Origin: Gnetum montanum | Lineage: Eukaryota > Plantae > Gnetophyta | Direction of reading: 5' to 3' | DNA length: 61,385 bases | NCBI GenBank assembly: GCA_015680685.1 | Contig: MNCI01001880.1 | Coordinates: 1-61,385 of the forward strand | Part shown: positions 52,751-61,385 of the stretch, in pieces | How positions within the stretch are numbered: the first letter of the stretch is position 1 | How the letters are laid out: each line of letters starts with the position of its first letter | Program-made: the position numbers and the translations under genes | Notes under the pieces: generated by a model | Told to the model about the DNA's origin: nothing | Databases searched by the model: none | The model's input: the letters and a program-made list of their open reading frames with translations, nothing else

Positions 52751-55574
52751 CTCTCTTTGTGGTAATTTTTGCATTTATTATTTTTATGCATTTTTTATGT
52801 GATTTTTTTTCATGCATTAACATAATAACTATGGGAGTGTGAACTAGGCAAGAAAATGCATAAGGTAGATGGATGCATAAGTAATGTAAGAAAATGCATA
52901 AACTAAGTGAACTAGTGTGTATTCTAAGTAATCAAGCTAAATGTAAATAATATACTGTAATGCTAGTCTAGTGCAAAATAAATGCAATGTAAGAAATAGG
53001 TAAAATACATGGTGCATAGAAGAAAAGAGTAATTAAGCACCTAGCGTGTTTTGAACTAAGGGGGTATCTTAGTTATGTAGTTGCTTCCTAATTCAATGTA
53101 GGTTAGGAGGTGTGTAGGGACTACATTGCACTATCTAGTAGTCTCCTTGATCCTTGCTTTCTATGTTAAAGGGTAATTCTACCTAAAGGCAATCCTACAA
53201 AAATTCACTAGCATCTTTTGCTCTTTTGGTTATGCCTACCTCATGACTCTTTTTTTCACCACGAATGTGTCATCAAAAAACTCCACCTCTTACCCTTGTT
53301 TCATGTCTACATTGTTGATGGCCAAGGAGGTGGCATTATCACCATGGATGATAACTTCACCACCTTTGTATGAGAGGTGGATTTATTAATGAATTGGAGA
53401 GGAGATAGCTCATAATTGGGCTAGCCAAGGTCTACCCAATATTAAGTTAAAGCCTGAAATCTCCTTTACAATAATGAATTTAGCAGTGGTGGGGAATTGC
53501 TCCCCTACTACAAAAGCTATCATGATAGTGCCCATGATGATGATGTATGAACCATTGAAGGATTTTAGACACATGATTTTTATTGGACTAATTTTATTTT
53601 TGAGCCTACCTTATCCACAAAGGTATATGGTATAACGTTTGTTGCTACTCCATCATCAACATGCACTCTGTGGATCTTGCATTTCCCAATGCATATGATA
53701 ATGAACATGGAAGTTGTTATGACCTCGCCCCTCTCAGGATTGACCTTGATTTCTTCATTAGAAAACACTAGGAATGTGGAACTTGATTCCTGTGGTGCAA
53801 GGGGTAGCATCACTGCATGGATGAAGGTCTTGTTCGCAAGGATGTCCTCCATAATAGGGATAGAGGTCAACATTTGTACCAGTGCTTCATAGTGGGCAAA
53901 TGAGGTCATGATTAGGCCATACAGGCTCAATGTTGTGTTTTTCTATTTGAGCACTTGTTTGACTTGGACTAATGCATCCACGAAGTCTTTGCCATTAGCC
54001 ATGTTTTTGCTAGCCTTGAATTCTTCCAAGCAGCCTAAGAGATGGATCTCTTGTGGAGGTGACTTAGGCTTTGTTTGCTTGGTTTGTTTAGGGGCCCTAG
54101 TGCTCTCTTGTGATTTTCTTGTCATGGCCTCTTTAGTTATTTTGGCCATAGCAACCACAAATATGGGAACCAATTTTGGTAAACATAGTGCTCTTTGGTT
54201 TTGATGTTGCCTAGTCATCTTATCTATGAGATGCTCATTGGGTCTCCTGTGTTGCCACCTTGGGTGCCTACCAATGTTGCTTGTGGGGTTGCCCCTTAGA
54301 AAGGAAGGAATTGATGAATTGTTCACTACTAGGTTTTAGGCATGTGAGGGGCTAGCATGTTATGACACTCAAAAAATGAAGGGTGGATAAAATATTATTA
54401 TTGATGTAACTTGTGGAAGAACCCTAACTACGAAGGGTGTTGTATGTGATTGAGGTGGCACTCTAACGATGCATAGGGGCCTCAAACCCATGGGGGCCAA
54501 GAGGACCCTTGCATTACTAAAGGAAACCTGGACCACAAATGGCTACTGCACTAGTTCTAGGTCATCATTAATGCTACTAGCATTTATGACATAGCAAGCA
54601 TCATCTAGGTTTAGAGGGTCATTGTACCCCCTGATAGACTAGTTTTGAGGCCTAACTGGGTTTGCAGTGTTAAGTATCAGCTCACCTCTATTGATCATCT
54701 TTTGCAAGTCATCCTACAAGGCTAGGAAAAATTCAATGTTATGGCTAGGAAACTAGTGGTAGTGACAAAATCAGTCTATCTTAAAATGACTTGGAATCGA
54801 GGGCTCATTTGGTGTTACCAATATGGGATTTCTTTGTAGCTTGCAATACCTATCATATTTCTTGCAAGCATCCTCAGACATTTTCTTGTACTGGATGCAT
54901 CTAGATTTCAATAGTTAGTTCAATAGTTTTGAAGGATTTAGAAACAACAAGGTATACTTAGAGTGATCCTTGCACTCAAAGTTGGACCTTTGAATAGGTT
55001 ACACTGTGGCCACTGAGGATGTAGGCTAGTTGCTTAGCACTAGAGTTGGTAGGGTTTTTATTGATTGGGTATTTGGGTTGCCTAGCCATCTACCTCTAGT
55101 TGGTTGCTTTGGCTTATTTGGCCACAACTGCCGCTATTACATTCTACCTTCTTCTATCCTTATCTTCTTTTACATGTTGGTTCTTGTAGGATACATAAGA
55201 CTCATCCTTACTAGATTTTGTGATGACCTCTATGCTCTTGATTTGAACAAAGGCTTGGCTTAGGGACTTCAGGCCTAGGTAATATAGTTTTGAATTTATG
55301 AAGTCATTGACTACACCCTTAAAAATGGCTAGGAGTGTGTTTTGGTTATTGGCTCTTGTATTTCATTTAACAAGACACTTCAACATTGAATGAATCTCTG
55401 CATAAGCTTTAGGTGACCCTACTTGATTTGCATCAGTTGGTTTAATGTTGTCTCTGGCTTTAAGTTGTATTTGAAGTGCATTACAAATTGGCTCAATAGG
55501 TCCTCCAAAGAGGAGATAGAGCTTCTAAGAAATGCACAATACTAATCTAATGCCTTGCCAGTTAGTGACATGGG

Positions 55575-58273
55575 TGTACTAACCTAAATCATCGGCGTGA
55601 GGCTGGAAAGGAAACAAACACCGAGGGATCGTTGGGCAGCCACTGAGGGCAAGCTGGAAAAGGGAACGAAGGCAGAGTGCCTTGGATGGTTTGCACGCAA
55701 ATCAACCAAGGACTTCCCCAAGCGTAAGCTACGGCTAGCGCTGGGATTATCGTAAACAGGATGTAAACGAAATGTAAACAATGATACGAAATGTAAATAA
55801 AGCGTATGTGAATAGAATTATATTGCAAACAAAGCATAAACCAAAGTAAATAATGTAAATATGAGACAATGATGAAACTGTATTATATTGTTTTAAAAAA
55901 AATGTGCACCGGTCAAAGCGTAGTTGCACAAGTGTGAATGGCAAGTCAAACGGCTAGCCCTGGAAAAAATGTGATAGGATGATGTGACGATATGAGAAGA
56001 ACTTGGAAGCCAAAAATCAGATGTGCCGAGCGCCCAAGGATTGCAAGTTTTATCCTCCTTCGGAATCGCCAATTTCTCCAATCTTTGCCTCCTCCAATCT
56101 TCTTCTCCTTCTTGCTGCTTTTGCTTTGCTTCTCTTTGCTTCTTTGCCTCCTTTGTTCTTGTTCTTCCTCCCCTTAATTTGTGTGAATTGGTAGGGTATT
56201 TATAGGTTTGGGCTAGGGTTTTGGCTAGGGTTTGCTTTGACAAGGTTCAATGTATCTATGCTTGAAAGTTGTACATGAGTTGGATATGTGTTGGCAATTT
56301 TCCTTCCTTGGCCAGGTTCAATGTATTTTACAACTTATGGGTCATTTGAGCCCATAAAAAATACAAATAATTAAAAATACAAGCCCTTGAGTAGTAAAAC
56401 TTTAGAAAGCTTAGATTGGCTCCAACCCCGATCTGCTTGAAAAATTATGTCATATTAAAATATATTTTATCGTGACTTGCAGGATGTAAACAAGGTGCCT
56501 TGGCCAACTCAAAGCGTACTGACACTTGGAGTTTTATGTCCATAGCCCATACCCAACTCTGAATCCTGTGAAGAGCCGAAACACGACCACCCCAAATATC
56601 CTCTGGTGCTGGATCCGTTCCTGATTGCTTTCGCCAAAATTTCTAAGTATTAACTTGTGTACTTAATTCTCTGCTCATCTTGCAATTAATTTTCCAGGGG
56701 CAGTGACTCATCGTTCATCATTCTGCACCTGTTTTCGTAAATGATTATGGGAGGATCTTGTGCACTGTAAAAGCTAAGGATACTGCTGATGCTCCGTCTG
56801 TGTTTGTACGTCATGCTCGTCGGTGATGACGCTGATACTGATGGAGGTAGAGGCAGAGTAGCCGGCGGAGGGCGTGAGGTGGTAGTGACAGCGAGTAGCA
56901 ACGTAGGAAATTGCGTGGCGAGTAGCAGACTATGCGACGGGAGCATAGAGGGCGGCGGCGAGCAGCTGGAGCAGAAAAAAAAAGGTAGTGCGACAGGATA
57001 GCAATGTGGCAGACAAGAGAAAGCAATGATGCGGCAGAGGCAGCACAGGATTGGTGACGCAGTAGGGGTGGAACAGCAGCACGGCAGTGGTGAAACACAA
57101 ACGGTAGGCACGGCAACGACGTGACGTGGCAGGATCAGAGACAGTGACGCATAGGAACGGCACAGTAGTGGCAGGTGCGATGGTAGGCTCGGGAGCGGGA
57201 GTAGGGACGCGGAAACAGGTAGCAGTAGTGGGAGGGAGAAAAATAGAAGTAGTGGTGCAGGCGCAGGTGCCACGGAGTCATCGGTGGCATTCGATAATGA
57301 CTGCGTTGCTGGTGTCTCTGCTTGAAATCACTGATGGTGATGGCGACGGAGATGGAAGTGGAGTGTGCAGTTGGAAAAATAGCAACGCGGCAGCAGAATC
57401 AACAATGTGGAGGCGCGGAAAACAGTGACGCGGTAAAGGCAGTGCGACGTCAACGATGCGGTGGTCAGCGGCAAGCAGAAAATGAGGTGGCAGCCAGAAA
57501 AAATAGCAACGCGGTGGAAAACAGATACCGACGGCAGCCAAAAAACCGTGGCAGCCAGATAACCGTGGTAGCCAGATAACCGCGGCGGTAGGCAGTGAGC
57601 AGCAGCAGCTAGGATGACGCAGCAGCGGCAGCGAGAGATAGCGGAAAAATCAGCAGCAGAAGGTGGAAACAATGACGTGGCAGCCACAGAATCGGCAACT
57701 CGGCGGCGGTAGAAATAGTAGCGCAGTGGACGGCGGAACAGCAACGCGGTAGCAACAGCAACGTGAACAAGGAGAGAAGGAGGAGGTTGGATCAGTGTCT
57801 TCATGCCGAAGTAGGCAGCGTCCCTGCCCAGAGCCTCACGGCTATTCCGAATTCCTTTAGGGTCTCTGCAAGAAAGCGAGCTATGTCTCTCACATTTTTA
57901 ACGTGAAGTAATGCCAAGGCGTGTCTTGTGTCTGGATGAGTTTGCCGTTAATCCAGTTCTTGCTCAAACATGCACCTGCAACGGCCTTTTTCCTCTGTAC
58001 ATGGTTGATTTTAACTCGCTCATGTTGCTGCTACTTCGTAGGAAAAATTTTATTTATTTATTTTCAATGCTACTTCTCCAGTGATTTTTGTTATGGTTCA
58101 AAAATGGTGGATAATTTGTGCCTTTGAACTACCATAGGAAATCTTTAGTCATTTTATATTTATAACAACACATGCAAACCATCCACTTATATAATTAGGA
58201 TAATTTTTCGAATGCTTGAAAGGGCTTGAATCATTTTCCATTAAAGTGCTAAGCTGAAATCAATGGTGTTTCA
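55575..58273 (-). repeat. ~2.7 kb 3' LTR of copy C
   Basis: TG..CA termini; the PPT and LTR start match those at 42189; GC-rich interior. Confidence 0.75.
56196..56233 (-). promoter_or_regulatory. LTR promoter: telo-box-like motifs upstream of TATA
   Basis: Minus strand AAACCCTAGCCAAAACCCTAGCCCAAACCTATAAATA. Confidence 0.55.
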
Positions 58274-59359
58274 TTGGCCCGTCTTTGTTGACGTCTAGAG
58301 GAATTCACCCGAGAGGCGTCGACAAAGAAGTGCAAAACACCATGAAAAAACAAAGCATCAAACATGAACCATCAACCCTTGGCTGGATGTTATCGCACCA
58401 TTTTCAAAAGTACATGGGATTGAGGGGATGTGGTTCAAGATGCAAGGAAATCGGTTGTAACCAGGGAAGCTAGGAGGGGAATGCTCTCTTATGCACAAGT
58501 TATGTCATTTGGTCCTTGTCAGCAGCCGATTTTTTTTCGGCAGACTTGGAATCAAGAGATAGGAGGTGTGTTCTTTGGAGAAACGAGACTCTTATAGAGT
58601 ATTTTCAGGGCCCGTTGTAAACAGCCAAAGCCACGCGATGATGTGCAACATGGTCTCTTTGAGACACAAGTGTAACTGTTTTCTAAGACAATTGCCTTCT
58701 TGCCTGGGGCTTGTATGAGAATGGCCAATAGTCTTTTGTTTATGATGTCAACGGGGTCTTGAAGACCTTTTTTGTGCATTTTTCTCTTTGACCTTTTTTT
58801 TCGGTCTTTTTGAAAGAGCTTGCTTTTTGTGCTGTGCTCATGTTTGAGCACTTGCATTTTGCATCATGTACTATGTATTATGTTTTGTGTCGCAACTGCT
58901 TAGAGAGCTACAGTATGCAACAGTGTATCAAGAGTTTTGAGGTGAGCAGAATGTATCAGGGGGGTGTAATTGAATAGGCTAAGGGAAGCATGATGGGGAA
59001 TAGGAAATGTATCAGGAGTCGGGATGTACTTATGAATGGATTGATTAACCCAGTCGCGTGCGTCAGGAAAATCTGATACCTTGTCGTCATGATGAAGTGC
59101 ATCTATACACGAACACCTCAGAGGTGTCATCCTGCAAACACAACTCCAAGAAGACAAGAAAACCACAAATGAAACAATCAGCTAAACACTTTAAACAAGG
59201 AGATGGAGTCACCATGTGTAGCTTTCAAAGCAAACAAAATCATGAACAGCATCAGTTTCATTAGGCCCCATGGGATGAATCATGCAACAAGTCTTTGTGG
59301 AACAGAAACAACCAATTGCAATAATAGATCTTTTCCAATTTTTCATGGTCATCAATGAT

Positions 59360-59680
59360 GTCGCTAGTTTACAATCTTAGCAGACTGTTGTGGATTAGTT
59401 TTATGTCATAACCCCTTGGACGGTGCCAGTTTAGCGTCGTAGCGGACGGTGCATTGCTAGTTTATAGTCATGGCGGACTATGAAGAGGCAAACTAGTTTA
59501 TAGTCTTAGTGGACTCTGGATGCTAGTTTCATGTTATGGCGGACAGATGTGGCAGTTTAGTGTCATACTGGACAGAACTCTGTGGTATCAGTTTTAAGTC
59601 ATGATCCAGGACTGTCTGTGGTATCAGTTTTAAGTCATGATCCAGGACTGTTCTGTGCCAGTTTATAGTCATAGCGGACT
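59360..59680. repeat. ~33-bp tandem repeats in the 3' non-coding region of copy C
   Basis: GCTAGTTTATAGTCATRGCGGAC-like units; a near-exact duplication TCTGTGGTATCAGTTTTAAGTCATGATCCAGGACTG. The homologous decayed array is at ~43065-43205. Confidence 0.75.
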
Positions 59681-60175
59681 GATGCTTACCTTGCTCATGT
59701 AAAGTGTGATGCTGCATGCATGGTCATGCTACATGTCTGCAAGATCCTGTAAAAATCAACTAGGAAGAAAACAACATCAAGCAACACCTACTGTACATAG
59801 AATTAGAATGAAAGAAAAGCAATGCAAAAAATGATAGTTTTAGGCCATTTCGGGCCGTAAGCTAGTTTAAGGCCTTTTCAGGCCATGTATTTTTGTAGTT
59901 TTATGTTTTTTTATGTTTGATGTTTTTCAAATGCAATGTGTGAACTAAGTTGACGAATGTGTAAACAAAGAAAAAACGCATGATCTAAGTGAGCGAGAAA
60001 AATGTAAATCCATAGGCTAGTGCAATGTAAACAAAAGTCAAAAAATGCATGTTAGAGGAGTAGGCAGAAGGTAGGCAAGCATCAAGCACATTTTCAGCCA
60101 AGGGAGAGTCTTGGTCATGTAGTTGCTTCCTAACTAGGCATGGATTAGAGAGCATGCAAGGTTTAGGATCCTTTG

Positions 60176-60476
60176 NNNNNNNNNNNNNNNNNNNNNNNNN
60201 NNNNNNNNNNNNNNNNNNNNNNNNNNNNNNNNNNNNNNNNNNNNNNNNNNNNNNNNNNNNNNNNNNNNNNNNNNNNNNNNNNNNNNNNNNNNNNNNNNNN
60301 NNNNNNNNNNNNNNNNNNNNNNNNNNNNNNNNNNNNNNNNNNNNNNNNNNNNNNNNNNNNNNNNNNNNNNNNNNNNNNNNNNNNNNNNNNNNNNNNNNNN
60401 NNNNNNNNNNNNNNNNNNNNNNNNNNNNNNNNNNNNNNNNNNNNNNNNNNNNNNNNNNNNNNNNNNNNNNNNNNNN
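60176..60476. other. Assembly gap
   Basis: Run of N. Confidence 1.
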
Positions 60477-61385
60477 TCAACATGTACTCTGCGGATGATG
60501 CACTGCCCAACACGAATGCTAATGGATAGTGGGGCTGTAGTGACTTCCCCTCGTTTGGGGTTGACTTTAACTGCATTATCACAAAAGGCTAAGGTTGTTG
60601 AACCTAATCCTTACTGTGTCTATTGCAAAATCGTTGCGCGGATGGATTCTTCGTTTGCGGGGATGTCCTTTGTAACAAGAATGGATGCTAATGTTTGAGC
60701 CAAGGCTTCGCAGTGAGTGGTTGAAGTCATGACCAAATCGTACAAACTCATCATTGTGTTCTTCTGTTTTAGTGCTTGTTTTACTTGGGTTAGTGCAGCT
60801 ACGAAGTCCTTATCATTAGCTATTGTGTTGGTTTTAACTTCCTCCATGAAGCTTGAGAGATAAACCTCTCGGGAGGGGGACTTAGGCTTGGTTTGCTTGG
60901 GGGTAGGGCCCCCAATGTTCAGTTGTTGTTTGCTAATTGTGGCCTTTGCTTCGGTCATGGGAGTTGTGAGGTGCTTACATTTCCATTTGGTGGGCCTAGC
61001 CGTGTTGCTAGTGGGGTCAACCCTTGGAGGAGGAGGGATCGAGATGTTGTCCACTATTGGACTTCGGGTGGCACTCTTATGACGAAAGGTTGCTTAGCGG
61101 TTTTTGTTGCTGCGTCATGCCAGTTTAATGTCTTAGCGGACGAGTCATGCCAGTTTAACATCTTAGCAGACGATGTCTGTGGAGCCTTGACCACAAAGGA
61201 TGTTGTGGGTGCCTGGGGTGGTACCTTGATAACAAAGGGAGGCCTCTTGTTTGTGGATGCTAGGGGAATCCTTGTCTTACTGGGAGGCACACGGATCACA
61301 AAAGGTTTTTGCATAGGTTTGGGCTTTCCACCTATGCTAATTGAGTTTATGACATAGGAGGCATCGTCTATGTTGGATTGACTTG

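Larger units (their letters stand above)
40450..55574 (-). mobile_element. Large Tat/Ogre-like Gypsy element (copy B): gag-PR, spacer with antisense gene, RT-RH-aRH-INT, PPT, 3' LTR
   Basis: Gag-PR at 55574-53150 (VHVDDGVATNVIP). RT at 46200-45400 (FSFMDGFLSYN; YADD). aRH at ~44960-44550 (TNNVVKYEGL, GDSQLVV). INT at ~44250-43300 (WSLDII, EYFTKWVE). PPT AAAGAGGGG followed by LTR start TGAAACACC at 42189. Left LTR end is approximate. Confidence 0.75.
55575..61385 (-). mobile_element. Young non-autonomous member of the same Tat/Ogre-like family (copy C), inserted into the gag of copy B; 5' part outside the window
   Basis: Largely open gag (60620-61314) homologous to copies A and B; the protease runs into the N-gap. 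No RT/INT. PPT followed by LTR 58273-55575 (TGAAACACC...GGTTAGTACA). CpG retained. It interrupts FPMSLT codons of copy B at 55574. Confidence 0.8.

Noticed and set aside
55584-57804. Many overlapping ORFs up to 195 aa
   Set aside because: Low-complexity GC-rich LTR sequence with no recognisable domains.
60154-60582. ORFs spanning poly-X
   Set aside because: Artefacts of the N gap.

Overview
AT-rich plant nuclear DNA, made almost entirely of nested, decayed LTR retrotransposons. By eye it shows strong CpG/CHG depletion and TAG/CTA/TGA excess, consistent with methylation-driven C->T decay; a non-flowering vascular plant is only a weak guess. The one host gene is a compact 9-exon fatty acyl-CoA reductase (FAR/MS2-like) at 17459-19947. 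It looks pseudogenised (two nonsense codons, one broken donor), and 4 of its 8 introns start with GC. Also present: a ~5.2 kb array of ~226-bp units, a degenerate tRNA-like element, a rearranged Copia, a gag-only Athila-like element and a chromovirus-type RT fragment. The main candidate system is a Tat/Ogre-like Gypsy family present in three copies of different age (~30-34 kb +, ~40.5-55.6 kb -, 55.6-61.4 kb -). In it, gag-protease and RT-RH-aRH-INT appear to be separated by an intron-like spacer carrying a multi-exon antisense gene. The youngest copy has lost both that gene and pol but keeps the flanking splice signals. All domain calls come from manual motif recognition; no searches were run.
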